From Basidiobolus meristosporus CBS 931.73 (taxonomy: Eukaryota > Fungi > Basidiobolomycota), in contig MCFE01000327.1 in assembly GCA_002104905.1 (NCBI GenBank), forward strand, positions 30,341 to 94,340: a DNA stretch of 64,000 bases, read 5' to 3'. Below are positions 25,453 to 39,300 of this stretch, piece after piece. The translations under genes and the position numbers were made by a program. Below the pieces are notes generated by a model, which saw nothing but the letters and a program-made list of their open reading frames with translations, had not been told where the DNA came from and did no database searches. Within the stretch, counting starts at the first letter, position 1. The number at the start of each line of letters is the position of its first letter.

Positions 25453-26487
25453 CTAAGGGCACGGGTTGGAACCACACCTTTGGTCCGAGGGGGTGGGGTC
25501 ACGGTAGAGTGGTGGCTGGCCAAGGCACGATGCCAGGTTGGTCAGGCGCCAACCCCGACTCTCCAAGTACTCCACCAGCCTCTGGGCGAGCGGAATGACC
25601 TTGGGGTAGCTTTCGGGGCGGAAATCCGCGGTGGTGTTCCATACATCATGGTTCAAGGAGATGAACTTCCCGAGAGTGGGATCGGCGTTGCCAGCCTGGT
25701 CCACAAACGCCTGGAACATCTGGTCGATGGAGTTCGCGGGATTCCAGTCCACGGGATCTACGTTCCAATTCACCACGGTGTAGCCCATGCGCTTCAGGAT
25801 TTTCAGGGATATGGGGTCGGTGCTTCCGTAGGGCGGGCGTATACAGGTGGGGACTTTGTTGAGAATGGTGGCGAACGCGTGGTTCAGACTGGACACCTCA
25901 TAGGTGATGTTGTACTCGTTCGCCTTGGAAAGATCCACATGCCCCCAGGTGTGAGAGCAGATCTGATGGCCAGCTCTGTAGGCGCGCTGGACCACATCGG
26001 ACAGCTCGTAGATACTCAAGATCGGGTTCAGTGTGTTGTAGCTCTTCCAGTTCAGCCCATTCATGAAGAAGGTGGCGGTCACATTTTTGGCCGCAAGGTA
26101 GTCCAGCAGGCCTGTGGTGAGCACACTTGGGCCATCGTCGAAGGTGAGGGCAAAGGTACCCGGTACGGTACATCCAGTGTTGACCGTGGCCATGGCTCCA
26201 TTGTCGCAAGCCCCGTATTGGGATTGGCAGCCAGTTGCGCAATAGTCGGAGGTGTATCCACAAAAGCCGTACGAACTACAGCAAAGCCCAGCAGCACATG
26301 ATCCAATTCCGTTTCCGCAGGATTGATCCAAATACCGTGGTGTTGTGGTCGTCATTGGGTCAGCTCCCCTCTTTCGATGCCCAACGGCGTAGTCTATCGA
26401 ACTGGATGTCACCGGGATGTATGCGGCGGTGGACAAGCTCACCAAAGCCGAGCATATGGCGATCTGGGGGACTAGCTTCAGTAACAT
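25453..26487 (-). CDS. Secreted chitin deacetylase (CE4) with CBM18, 344 aa; paralog of 24172-25323
   Basis: Likely start MLLKLVPQ at 26487 (signal peptide); CCSSYGFCG CBM18; TFDDGP, HTWGH, RPPYG, DPVDW, SLNHD; intact. Confidence 0.95.
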   Translation of the reverse strand: MLLKLVPQIAICSALVSLSTAAYIPVTSSSIDYAVGHRKRGADPMTTTTPRYLDQSCGNGIGSCAAGLCCSSYGFCGYTSDYCATGCQSQYGACDNGAMATVNTGCTVPGTFALTFDDGPSVLTTGLLDYLAAKNVTATFFMNGLNWKSYNTLNPILSIYELSDVVQRAYRAGHQICSHTWGHVDLSKANEYNITYEVSSLNHAFATILNKVPTCIRPPYGSTDPISLKILKRMGYTVVNWNVDPVDWNPANSIDQMFQAFVDQAGNADPTLGKFISLNHDVWNTTADFRPESYPKVIPLAQRLVEYLESRGWRLTNLASCLGQPPLYRDPTPSDQRCGSNPCP

Positions 26488-29435
26488 GGTGTCAAATGTT
26501 GAATCGCACTGAAAATGCTGCAAAGCTGAGGAAGCGACCCACCGGTTGAGGCGGGCATTTATTTAATTCTCGGACTAGGACCATCAGGCCAGAATGCTAC
26601 GTAGCATGTGGCCACCGATATTAAAACGGTGCCAACTTACCGTATTTGGTGTGCGCTATGCTGGCAACTTGGTATGGGAACGTCCTATCACCGTTCTCCT
26701 TGATGAATCGCTGCATCCATAGCTATACCCGAGCCAACTAAAAATAGTTCCCTCTGATCCAATCAGAGATCCGTTGGCGAGCCAAATGGTTAGAAATTTT
26801 TACGACGATTGCTCAGGATGGCATCCCCAGTACCATGATCTAGCCCAATCGATACGGTATGCATTCACCGTAGACCCCAGAGTCGCATTTGGAAGCAGTG
26901 CGTCTTTGTATTGGGCGGCAACCCAAATCACCACCGCATCGTCCCCTTGCCACATCCGCCCATTGGTCTTCCCAAATTGGGCAAGCGACCATGTACCAAA
27001 ATAGCGCTCCGATTACGAGGCGACTGCGATGCCACAAGGTTGCTGCCCATGGGGCATCTAGGAGTTCGCATTCTCAACGCCAACCGAAAAAAGATCCTGG
27101 CACCATGGAAGTATGGAAGCAGGGTGCCGGATTTGCTATCTTCCATGCATTAGCGTTCCACACGATCGTTGCAGTTCAAGCGCCATCTGCACGCGATATC
27201 TGTACTGATATTGTACAGGACCAGCCTTCCTGTTAGTTGGATGCAAACAAGTCTCTACGTCAGGTCGCTTGGGTATCTCTTTCCCGGGGCAGCATCCGTT
27301 GCAGTAGGATCCGGACGGACTCTCCACAGAGAGCTTCGCATTAGATGAATGTAAAACTTTGTTATCGTGTTTAACGCTTCGGTGGGTACAGTTGGTGGAG
27401 TAATCTCGCCAGGAAACCGTATTTGGCAAATACGTACTCTGGCTAATTGCGGAAGGGTTTGGTGCAGGCTGATTGGGACGCGACGGATCCACATGGTCAC
27501 CCGTTTGCTATCCAACTCTTGTCAGATCCCAAGTCTGTTTGAAGTGAGCTCGTATGGCTCACCAAAACCTCATTGTAGGGTATCCACCAAACAGTGAAAT
27601 TACGAATGGTACGGGGTTCGTGTTGATCCTGAGAACGGAAGCCACACATGCAAATGATGACACTCTAGAATTGAACTAAGCCAGACAGTCAAGTTACACA
27701 GCAAAAACCCCATGCCAACCACCCCTTTGTCACTTTTCCAGGGATTCCCAGATGCCTCCTCTACATCCTATACAAGCGTGTTCCCAGAACGTTTGCTACC
27801 ACAGACACCCAGTTGCTCAGGAGATGCAACACGTCTTGAGCAGGCACTCAACAACCTGGTGCCAGATGTGGTGGTGCTTGGTAGTTAATGGTGGATCCAC
27901 TCTTCCACAGCTTCAAGAACTCATGGTGCAGTGATTCTCAGGAATGGCGGTATTGATAGTGAGAGATTTGGATGAATTTCACAGCGGAGTTACACACCAT
28001 CATTTTACCAAGATGCTTATCTTCCACCTGCCATAAATGGCTCCACCAAGCATAAGAGTGCATGCTTCCAGTGACATAAAATCGTATCAAAAATACAGCC
28101 TAGTCCCAATACCTAGAATGGAAATCAACACCACCGCCAGTCACACCTGGCGACATTCGGTTACTGCTTGGTCAATATGTCTAGCGCCAGAATGGGCCAT
28201 AGGTCTATCTAGGCGTACGGCCCCTAAGATTCAGGAGTTTAACCTTTAAACTTTGCGCATGTCATTTCCATCGATCCATCCCCTTTGGACAAATCAGGCC
28301 CTAGGGCATGCCTCCCATATTGGGATACCCTCCGATAAGCCTGTGAGAGAATTGCTCTTAGCATTGAGTGATGTCGTCAAATTACACATCATGGATCGCC
28401 TGGCGGAGTCCTTTCTTGACGTGAGTCGATGGAGAGGAAGGAATACCCCAAGAGCTGTGATGTCCGTAGACCGTATGCAGACCGAAGCGTGTATATCTGT
28501 CTATCTCAGACCCTCTGTTGATAGTAGTCTGCTTCCACCAAACAAATAAAATGTGTAACATAGGAGCGTTGGAAGGTTCATCGCAGTGGGAAGGGCTGGG
28601 TAGATAGTACTGTATACATCGGCCGATGGCTTCCGGTGTGGAAATTGGTGGCCATGATGGACGCTCAAGTTGAGTGCACAGTTTGCCAGCTGGCCATACA
28701 AACCTCCCGGAAACACGCAGCAGTACTACTAGTCCATACACAGTTTTCCGAAATGTTCATCAACACTGGATCATATACTGGTATGGGCTGTGGTCCGTAT
28801 CGCTTACCTTCAAGATAAGGTACACATCGAGCATTATGGAGGCTAATGACATATCATCATCCATCGTTTCCCAAAATTGCATGATAATTAGCTGGATTCG
28901 CACCGTTGCCTGTAGCAATAAGTGAACAAATGATCGCGATCACTCCCAGCTAACTTGACGGATATCCAATGCGTGCATATGGTTTCAAAGCCCCAACCTA
29001 ACTGCACTACTGCTCGAAGGACGCAAGCTGATACTCCCATTGGTTATCTCCGACTGTTGGGACAGTAAACCGAAAATGGCATACGCACTTGACGCTTTGA
29101 TGTGCATTACCGTTGGAAAGATGCTGGACGCATCTTCCAAGAGCTTGTTATGAACCTGGAGCACCTAGAATTCATCTCTTCAGAGTCTTCGGGGATCATA
29201 GCTTTGACTGCCTGCAGGATGATTATATCCTTGCTATGCCCCAGATGCCTCGTTCGATTCAAATGAGTTCTTGGCAACCCTTTTTAAGGCCGAACCACAA
29301 ATGAAGCACTAACCTGGATAGCTAGATTGGTTTTTAGTTGGGTGCATACCAGTGACAATTATGGATTTCCGGCACCGCGATTTTCCCAAAACTTGTTTGC
29401 CAAGACGTATGGTTCGCGTTAGCTGGTCATTGTCG

Positions 29436-29445
29436 TATATATAAA
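29436..29445 (+). promoter_or_regulatory. TATA box candidate
   Basis: TATATATAAA ~56 bp upstream of the ATG at 29501. Confidence 0.45.
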
Positions 29446-29500
29446 GCGTTACCAAGAGCAAATACCGCAAACTAAACACACCGCTTGCCTTTACACGCCC

Positions 29501-30619
29501 ATGAAGACTCTCTTTTCCATTGCGCTCCCCATAGCTGCATTGATGACTCTGCGCAACGTGGCTCCTCAGGAGCTTTCTCTACCTGAACCCTCTGGCCCAT
29601 TCAAGGTTGGCACAGTCGCATTAAAGCTGCTTGACTCTAGCCGGATGGACCCCTACGCTCCGAATGCCCAGAAGCGTGAGTTGATGATCCAGATATACTA
29701 TCCTACCAGGAACACCCAATACTCGACCATTTCACCGTATATGCCCCATGCTACGGCTCAGTTTATAAGCCATGAGATTGGGCTGCCCAATAACACCCTG
29801 CAGCGTGTTCAGACTGCAGTCTACCAGGGCGCCCCCATAGCAAATGCCAATCTACCAGTCGTTATCTTCTCGCCAGCTATAACAACATCCCGCCTGGTCT
29901 ATGCGGCATTGCTGTCCGATCTAGCAAGTCGCGGCTACCTTGTGGCCTCCATCGATCACCCTTACGATGCAGATGTGGTGCAATTTCCTGGTGGGAAGAT
30001 GGTGTTCGGAGTTCTTGGTGGTGATATAACCATTGATCAGATCAACCTGGCTGTGGAGGTTCGTGCGGCGGATGCCAGCTTTGTAATCAACCAGCTGGGG
30101 TCTAGGGAGATCCTGAAACACATCCCCGCATTACACAGGAGGCTAGACGTTCGCCAAGTTGTGATGCTGGGCCATTCCCTGGGAGGAGCGAGCGCTGCCA
30201 CCGCCATCATAAAGGACTCGCGCATTGTAGCAGGTGCCAATTTCGACGGAACATTTAGAGGACCTGCGGTGGATATAGGCTTGGACAGGCCCTTCCTCAT
30301 CATGAGCCGTACCCAACACAACAGGACCACCGATGAGAGCTGGGCCAAAATGTGGTCCAACCTGCGATCCTACAAACTGCAGCTCAAATTAGCCAATTCT
30401 GAGCACTATACATTTTCCGACTTCCCGGTGCTTGCCAGCCTGGTGAATCTCACCAGCCCGGAGATAGTGGAAAAAATTGGGGCCATCAATGGACTTCGGT
30501 CATTGAAAATCCAGAGCACCTACATAGCTGCCTATTTAAAGTACATCTTCCGCCGTAAGCGTGATTCTATTCTGGTGGGGCCTGACAAGAGGTATCCAGA
30601 GATCACCTTTGACTTTTGA
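29501..30619 (+). CDS. Secreted alpha/beta hydrolase (PAF-acetylhydrolase/lipase-like), 372 aa
   Basis: Signal peptide; LPEPSGPFKVG...RELMIQIYYP N-terminus; SIDHPYD; nucleophile elbow GHSLGG; NFDG; H-x-x-F-S-D catalytic His region; no introns. Confidence 0.9.
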   Translation: MKTLFSIALPIAALMTLRNVAPQELSLPEPSGPFKVGTVALKLLDSSRMDPYAPNAQKRELMIQIYYPTRNTQYSTISPYMPHATAQFISHEIGLPNNTLQRVQTAVYQGAPIANANLPVVIFSPAITTSRLVYAALLSDLASRGYLVASIDHPYDADVVQFPGGKMVFGVLGGDITIDQINLAVEVRAADASFVINQLGSREILKHIPALHRRLDVRQVVMLGHSLGGASAATAIIKDSRIVAGANFDGTFRGPAVDIGLDRPFLIMSRTQHNRTTDESWAKMWSNLRSYKLQLKLANSEHYTFSDFPVLASLVNLTSPEIVEKIGAINGLRSLKIQSTYIAAYLKYIFRRKRDSILVGPDKRYPEITFDF

Positions 30620-33600
30620 TTAGGGAACTCATCAGCCATGGAGCCTTGCTGCTATGTGCTAACCAAATAGCCTTGCCAAATATACTATATGCACCTCACA
30701 AATAAATATTTGGCACACTCGTGTGAAGCGAACGATCGTGTTGAGTGGTTGGTGTTTAAGCCATTATCCAGGCCTCTACAAAAGGAGCGTGCACCCCGCT
30801 CACACTTTATCATCACAGACGTAATTGCCGGGCTGAGATTAGCAAATGGAGGCGGCGTAGATCAGTAGCCAACTCCACCAGATCCATGCCAAATTTTCCA
30901 AATGAGCTGAACTCAACTAGGATATTAGTTATGGTGATTGCCTACCCAATGAACACAGTAGCCATGATTCAAGATTTCGAAAGCCTACAAGAAAAATTTG
31001 AATAGATTCTCTCGCGCTAGTAAGATCCGGATTTGTGAGGTGATGATAACCCCTCACTGTTGCATAATGTATAGGCTGTGTATTCTACAGGCAGGTGCGA
31101 GCCAGGTAGCGCTTTTCACTGAAGAGTCACAAATAGCCAACCAAAACACAATCCAGAATCCGCGCCTTAAGAACCCCCGAAAGAATATCCGTCCCAGCTG
31201 GTTATCATCCCACACAGGCTCGAGCATTACCGCCCACATCAATGGGTGGAGCTGCGAACCGGTATTATCTATCAATACCAGTGGGAAACAAAGGGTAGAA
31301 AAAGATTGCTTGGCCATTACGGTTACCAAGCCTTATTGGTACCACGGAATTGGTGCACATTTTAGGCAGCATTGATTGGTGTGTAACTCGGGGATGGTTT
31401 GTCTGGAACTTTACCTAGGATCATAGTTCCCTTCGTTTCGGGGTGAAGTATCGGTTAGGAACAACAAAACAGGCGATTCTTTGTGAGCAAGAACCAGTGA
31501 TCCAGCTGGAGTCTTCCTGAATGACCATTAATATACTGCTCACACGTAATTGTTGGGCCCTCCGGCAGATTGGATGGCGGCCAGTAGTGTGCTGCATCCC
31601 AAAGCTAGCCTCGTATAAGAAAAACCTGTGTACCATCGATGTGCTGATTCGGATTTTATCCATTTTCAGAAACACACTATGAAATTTAATCAAGCATTTG
31701 GTGGGTTAGATCTTACAGATAAAAACAACTCTGACGCGGACATTGCACTGGTTATTTAGCTGATGACCCTGGTGAGTCGTATATCCCGCCTATATTATAC
31801 CATCGAGGATCTTCTTTATCCTTGCTATTCAGGTGTCGTAGGTCAATTATCACCCATTTGCTTCAGTTTGGCTGTTCCGATGTGGTTTGTACCGGAATAA
31901 TGCAGTCGAGTGCCATCGTGATTTTCCACTTGGTGTACTCTTACCGCTGACTAATACATATCTTGCGTAGAATCCTGATGGATTTCCCATTGCAAACAAT
32001 TGGCTTGAGTCTAGGTATGGTACGTATGATTGCACTGCTAATCTCTCTCACAATGGCGCAATCATCAAGTTGTGGAATAGTAGGCGTTCTATATTACGTT
32101 TGTAGATCATACGGATGATGAAAAAATCCTGGAAATCACTCAACGCCTTTGTGCATATTGCATTTTTGTACGTAACCTGCTTGTGCTGTTTGAAGCGAAT
32201 TAAGAGCATAACAACGTATGGTTTGATCTGCTTAGTCGTTACCGTATGTGATGCCATATCTCTGCTACCACTTGGGACTCCTGATGACCTTACTATGTCA
32301 TACCAACACCGCCGACCATATTAATGGAAGTTGACAATAGCTTGATACGTTTATAGTGACGTGATCATCAAGTGGCCGTTGCTACTCCTCAGTAAAGCAT
32401 CTTATGGTAGGCCTCATTTCATGTGAAATTCCATGCTGGAACCCCTCTGAAGCATGCGTCTGCTTCAAACATTCAGATTCTGTTGTATAACTCGATCCAT
32501 ACCTGAAATTTGCAAATATCTATTAGGGCCTCAATTTGCACTATACAATGTTTCCCTATTCCTTCGAGAATCCAGATGACTCACTAACAAAACTGCCCCC
32601 ACGTTGCCTGCACCTTTCCGTATCTTTTCTGAACTCACTCATATATTGGTCTTCATTACTTACTTTTGTATGCTTGACGATGAAAACATAACTCACTACC
32701 ATAGCTTTAGCAGTTATCAATTGGTGTTCTTACTGGGAGAATTGCGCTTGTTAGCATTCATATGTTGATATCTCGAGCCAACATGAATATCTGTTGGATT
32801 CTTAAAGTAACTCTATTCTTTCAGCACGAACTCATCTTGGTATGCCATTCCAGTGCGATATCTTATGCTGCACATCCCTAGTAAGAAAGACATTTGCCTA
32901 GCATTATGGTTGTTATGCATCATTGGCATATGAGAGCCTACCTATCACCTGTAGAACACATAGAAGCCATCCACCGTGATTGCTTTAAACTGTCAGGTCC
33001 AACTCAAATGCATAACTCAGACAGGTAGAAATGAGGCTATTGAAGAGTCCAGAAGACCATATGGCTAAAATGGGCTTGGAAGCTGGCGAGTTTCGATATG
33101 GCGTCAGAGTGAATAGTGTAGTGGCCACGTGGACGACGATTGGCGGTGGAATGCAGCTTTCCAGCTCTAGAGTATCATTGAGCACAGCAGACCAGTAACC
33201 GACCCCATGTCAGTCTATGTCGGATCAGGTGTATTCATTGGCAAGGAAAACGCCCTCGTTAATCGGTAAAAGTTGACTGAATATTAAACTGATGCATGCA
33301 CACCAATTTCTTCCTCTCGAATGCTTCAGTACACAACACTGGAATCACGCCACTCCTCCCGTCGTGAAGGCCGGGCAATCTCTAAGGATGGCTGAGGACA
33401 TGGAAACATCTACTAGCAAATACAATTTGCAAAAATGATATTAAATACATGGATCAATATTTTATAATGCCAAGGGTGGTGCACACCATGCTAACTAGGA
33501 ATGTCGGCTTAAGGAAACATCGTATCTGACACCACCAAGCGCCAAGTTTCATGGTTGCTTGCAAGTGTGGTTGTCACTTGGGGCGGCATTTAGCATGAAA

Positions 33601-34779
33601 ATCATTTGAAACCCAGTGAGCACACTGCGGTATCTCGTACCTCTGCCCTGCCACCCGGCTAGAGCGGCTACCGCCATCTCGACTCGACGTATGGAACTTC
33701 CCGCTGTTCAACCTCATATCTCGTCTGCAAGAAGCACTAGCCTCCTAGCCCCAAGGTCATTATTCAAGGATACAATGTTCAGCCCTTACCCTAAGCACTC
33801 TAGACATTCTTTTTTGCCCCTAGTCCAGGCAAGAGTTAGCATTAATTATTATAGTCAGAGTCTTGACCTAGCTATCATACATGCAAACTCGAATGGACAT
33901 CAATATGTCAACAAGCCATTCAATGGATGTCTGAATAAATAGTAAACCATATCAGTAGTTCATAGTGCTAGTGTTACATACCATACATTCATGGATTTCA
34001 TTACTGCTAACACCCTTTCACCTATTCCGGTCTTGTAGGCGCAAGTTATCCAAGCTAGTGATGCATGCACTGAGAAGAATATAATGGTGCAGTGGGATTG
34101 CTGAAAATAGGCCAAAACAACAGCCACAATGCTCCAGACTAAGGAAGATCCCCACAACTTTGGCAGGACTGCAGTAATATGAGCAAGGCGTATGCAAGAT
34201 TATGTAGTGAGGAGTCATTTGTCATGACCAATGATACTGTTCTGTCGTCGGGTATACAGGTACTCCATACAAGGCAAGGAGGTGGTGATTGAATTCCGAA
34301 AAAAGGTCACAAAATGTATTTTCTCCAACACAATTGGTAAAACACTGAGGCTCCTTTTCGTGAAGATGTAGAACTATTTTCACAGTTGGCGGCCAAGTAT
34401 AGGTGTACTATACCTTAAAGACATACTATGGCACTATTTGGTACTCATGCTCAGTGTGGGGCTACCAACAGAACAAGACTACTTCATCAGTGTGACAGTA
34501 GACAAACTCAACCAATTAATCATCTATAGCCCCTTGAATGCAGTGAGGCCTAATATTTACTTGCTTTGTTCTTGCATAATAGCTTGGATTCTACCTAATG
34601 TTTAAATCTGACTACCTTTAAATGTAGCAACAACCTCTCTTGAAGCTACTGTAAAGGGAAAGGATGCTCATCAGAGTGGTGCTTCAGAAAGAGGGATAAT
34701 CAGAGAAAAAACCTAAATATGGAAATGCTGCAACCACTGAAGATGGACTATTCATATTTGAACTCAGTATGATTACAAA

Positions 34780-35700
34780 CAAGGAACTTGAGATGTGATA
34801 TATAGACACTTGAGCATCTCAGCGTAGTACACATCAATGAGTACTTTTTACCTAACATCAAACAATATGAATTAGAAGATTCCCTTGGAAAGCAGCAGAA
34901 TACTTGATATAATTGGCAAAGAGCTATTGGAGTAAACCTCAGAAGTAAAGAAGGAAGCCACTCACCTACCTTCAAAGAAGTGCCCTATCCACCAGAAATA
35001 GCCAAGAACCTGCTATTATAAGTAAATTCACAACTGAAGGACTCAGTTTCAAATTTGACTGCTCTCAATTTTAAATTACTGATCAAAATGGTACCCATGT
35101 TGCCATGAGTATTGGAGACTGGAATCCATCCAAGTCAACCTATAGTCCATAATATCTGGAAGCCAACAAAAGTAACTTAAATGAAGAAATACCAATGCAT
35201 TGCCTTGCAGATTTTTGCATATCAATCTTGATGATTTGAATAAAATTACCAAATATCAGTCAACTACCAAAGTAAGAATTGGTCCTCCAGCTGATTTGGA
35301 GTATTGAAAAGCCTGCATATATGGAAGACAAGCCATACAGCTGTTAAGAGCTCTGGGCTAACCTAAACTAAGACAAATTTGATGTAATTCACTTGGGTGC
35401 AGCACATAACTGATCATATTCATTGATGGTTATACAAGATATGGATGGGCCTATTTTGCAGCAAGAAAGAAAGATGCGCAGTCTGAGCCCTGGGAGCTTT
35501 AGCTATGATGGAGAGTGAAATTGGTGAAAAAGTTAAGACAATGTGCTCCAGAGATGGTAGTAAATATACCCCAAAACCTTTCATCCAATTCTACACAATT
35601 CATGAGATAAGGCAAGTGACTGCTCCACAATTCTCCCCATGGCATAATTGAGTGTCAGATTATACAAACAGATCTGCAACCAGTGTGGTAAAATAAACCA
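34780..35700 (+). mobile_element. Decayed internal fragment of the copia family (PR, pre-integrase, integrase core)
   Basis: Collinear with the reverse complement of ~38500-39540, e.g. CCAGAAATAGCCAAGAACCT and LIIFIDGYTRYGWAYF. Confidence 0.75.
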
Positions 35701-36044
35701 ATGGCCAGTTTAATACCTTCATACTGTCAGCTGAGTCCCTAGCTCCACTCAGCTCACAACATTGAAATCTCAGATATCAGCTATTTAGCAGAAAAGCAGA
35801 CTTATATTCTAGGATTTGACTATACTGAAAAGCAATGATACCAAGCCAAGCAATTAGACACAACCAACTTTCATATAAGGTCTCAATAAATGATCTAACA
35901 AGAAATGCCTACTGAAAGCCAACAACATCTCATCAGAAGCACAGTAGAATCCCAGTAGCTTATCTGTTAAGTGCTGAGCTTGAGACTTTTTATAGCAAGT
36001 TAGGAAGGGGTATTTGGTGGTACATGTGCAGTTAACTAAGTTTT

Positions 36045-36392
36045 TGTTGTAAGAGTCTTGGAGATATTGAAGTGATTGGGAGGACAAGTAGATTATGTGG
36101 TTTTCACTTAATGATTTTTTGAATGCAAAAGTAGTATTTATACTTTTACATGGTCTTGGCATAAAAAACACGTAGTATAGGTTAAGAAAGATCCCAAGAA
36201 CATGTGTGCAAAATTTGGGGCTGTTTGGACAGCTTTGAGAATTTTCATGTTCTGGGTACCTGGTATTTTGGTGAAAATATTCCAAGTAAATCCCAACAAG
36301 GAATTTGGTCAGTATTCTCTAGGATTTGAAGGTAATGATCTAAGTGACTAAGTTGAGTGAATATTTAGGTGGAATTACAAATTTTTACAACA
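36045..36392 (-). repeat. Copia 3' LTR
   Basis: TGTTGTAAG...TTACAACA; polypurine tract adjacent at 36393-36401. Confidence 0.9.
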
Positions 36393-39300
36393 CTCCCACT
36401 CAGCTAAATGTTCATATTGACTAGTCCTAATTTTAACCTAAGATATTTAAACTTGTCTCTAGCTAATGGTTCAGTACATATGTCTTCAATCATTTCATCT
36501 AAAGGAGAGTAAACTAAGGTAACTTATCTATTCTATATAGCTTCACATATGAAGTAAAGTCTAATATCTATGTGCTTAGTTCTAGCACAAAAATATGGAT
36601 TTCTACCTAATTGTATACATCCTTGATTATCTTAAAATAAAGTAATATGTGCTTTTTGACATAGGCCTAAATTTGTAAAAAGCTTTCTTAGCCACATTGC
36701 TTTTTTTGTAGCTTCACAGGCTGCCATGTACTCTGCCTCTGTGGTAGAAAGTTCTATGGTTGGTTGCTTTCTTGAATTCCTTGAAATTGCTCCTTCACTG
36801 TAAAGAAAGGTGTATCCTGTGGTGGACTTTCTGTCCTCCAAATTTTGTCCTCAATCAGCATCAGAGTATCCCACAAGATTCTGTTCTGAATACTTACAAG
36901 TGTATCTTAAGCAGATATCAGCAGTTCCTGTTAGGTATCTAAAATCTGCTTAACTGCTGCAATATGATCAGATCCATAGTTCTGATTATGTTGGCTGACA
37001 ACTTCCACTAAATATGATATATCTGTACATGTTTCAAGCAGGATATACATCAGACTGCCAACTATAGATTGATAAGAAAAGTCAGGGCTTTCAGATGACA
37101 CCATGCACTCTTGGTTTGGTTGAGTTTTGACTAGGTTAAGGTTTGTCTCCATTGGTGTAGCTGCTGGCTTACAGTCTTCCATTTAGTACTTCTTTAGTAT
37201 ATCTTGAATATACCTGGATTGGCTTAGGGTGATAGTCTGGGTACTTCTGTCTATGGAGTACTTAATCCCTAAGTAGTAACTGAGCTCTCCCAGATCAGAC
37301 ATCTTGAACTCCTTATATAGGCTGGATTTAATCTCTTCCAATGTTTCTAGGTTATTGGTGGCTATAATAAGATCATTCACATATAGAGCTCATATCACTG
37401 GATTTGCTCTATGTGGCTTATAGCATATACTATAGTTGGCATTACTCCTTTTGAAACTCAAAGATTCCAAATAAGAATCTATCTTGCAATTCTAAGCTCT
37501 GGGTGATTGTTTAAGACCATATAGGGACTTTTAAGCTTGCAGACCAAATGGGGGTTATCTTGGTCAACAAACCCATCAGGCTGGTCCATATACATGTCCT
37601 CATCAAGTGCACCATTCAAAAATGCAGCTTTTACATCCATATGTTGTATAAAAAACTTATATTTGGCTGCAATAGCCAATATTAATCTGATGGAATTAAC
37701 TTGGCCACTGGTGCAAAGGTCTCAGTATAGTCAAGTCCTTTTGTTTGAGAGTATCCTTTGGCCACAAGTCTTGCTTTGTATCTTTCAATGTACCATCAGC
37801 CTTGTATTTTGTCTTGAAGACCCATCTGCATTCAATTGATTTTTGGTTGATTGGTAATTTGACTAAGTCCCAAGTTTGATTTTCCATCAGGGCCTGATAT
37901 TCCTCAGTCATTGCAGATCTCCAAACCTTTGTCTGAGGACAATCTAGGGCTTCTTTTACAGTCTGGGGCTCATCAATATGGACTGAATAGGCATAGGCTA
38001 TGTTTGTCCCCTCATTGATATAGTAATTTGGGCTATTTCTTGTCCGATTGGATCTCCAGGCATTTGATACTGGAATGATCACTTCTGGGATATTCCTGTG
38101 CACTGTTTCAAGCTGAACCATGGTTGTAGAGTTCTCTGGAGTGAAAAAATTTTCATAGTTTTGCTCTGATTCAATCCTGACAATTGGTGGACTTGAGATC
38201 AGATTTTTGTCATCATCTGATGTCATTTTTTGTGAAAATTATGAATTTTCATCAAACAACACATTCCTGGACTTAGCCAGCTTGTTTGCTTTGGTATTGT
38301 AGAGTCTGTATGTCTTACTTGCATAGCAGTAGCCAAAGTATATGAATTATACACCTTTTGGCGCAAATTTTGACTGATTTCCAGGCAGTTTCTTGGTATA
38401 TGCTGTACACCCAAATATTCTTAGATGTTCTGCACTTGGTCTGTACCCATACCATGCTTCAAATGGAGTAGAATCACCAAGTACTCTGTTATAACTCCTA
38501 TTTTAGAGGTATACTGCAGTGGCAACTGATTTGGCCCAAGAATCATAGGATAATTTTTGATCATGGATCAAAGATCTTGCCATATCAATTATTGATCTGT
38601 TAGCATGTTCTGCTACTCCATTTTGATATAGGGCAAATGGTCCGGTAGTCTCTTGCTTTAGCCCATGAATTTTGCAGAAGTGGATGAAGAGTTTTGAGGT
38701 ATATTCTCCACCATTGTCAGAGCAAATTTTCTTGATTTTTTCACCAGTTTTTCTCTCCACCATGGCTTTGAGCTCCCTGAGCTTAGACAGAGCTACTTCC
38801 TTTCTCTCCATGAAGTAAACCCATGTGTGTCATGTATCATCATCAACAAAAGTGATTAAATATTTCATCCCACCTAAGGATAAATTTGCATAGGTCCACA
38901 CAGATCTGAGTATATTAGATCTAATTTTTTCTTAGTATTGGTCAATCCAGAGCTCTCAAATCATTGTCTGGCTTGTTTTCCATTTATGCAGGCTTCACAA
39001 TGCTCCAAACTAGCGGGGGGATCAATTTTTACTCCGGAAATTAGCTGATCTTTGATCATTTTGTGCAAATAATCAAAATTGATGTGTCCAAATCTCCTAT
39101 GCCAAAGCATTGGTGTTTCTTCATTCAAGTTACTTATATTGGCTTCCAGATATGATTGAATATAAGCCAACTTGTATATATCTTGATCTCTGATGCCCAA
39201 AGTAATATGGGCACCATTTTGATCAGTGATCATGCAACCAGAATTGTCAAAGCTGAAACTGAGTCCTTCTGCTGTGGCCTTGCTTACAGATAGTAGGTTC

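Noticed and set aside
24159-26306. Long overlapping or antisense ORFs (24159-24539, 24661-25257, 25480-26301)
   Set aside because: Shadows of the GC-rich, codon-biased deacetylase genes; no independent motifs.
27440-27530. GHPFAIQLL as an NB-ARC GLPL-like motif
   Set aside because: No credible P-loop or Walker B in a compatible frame.
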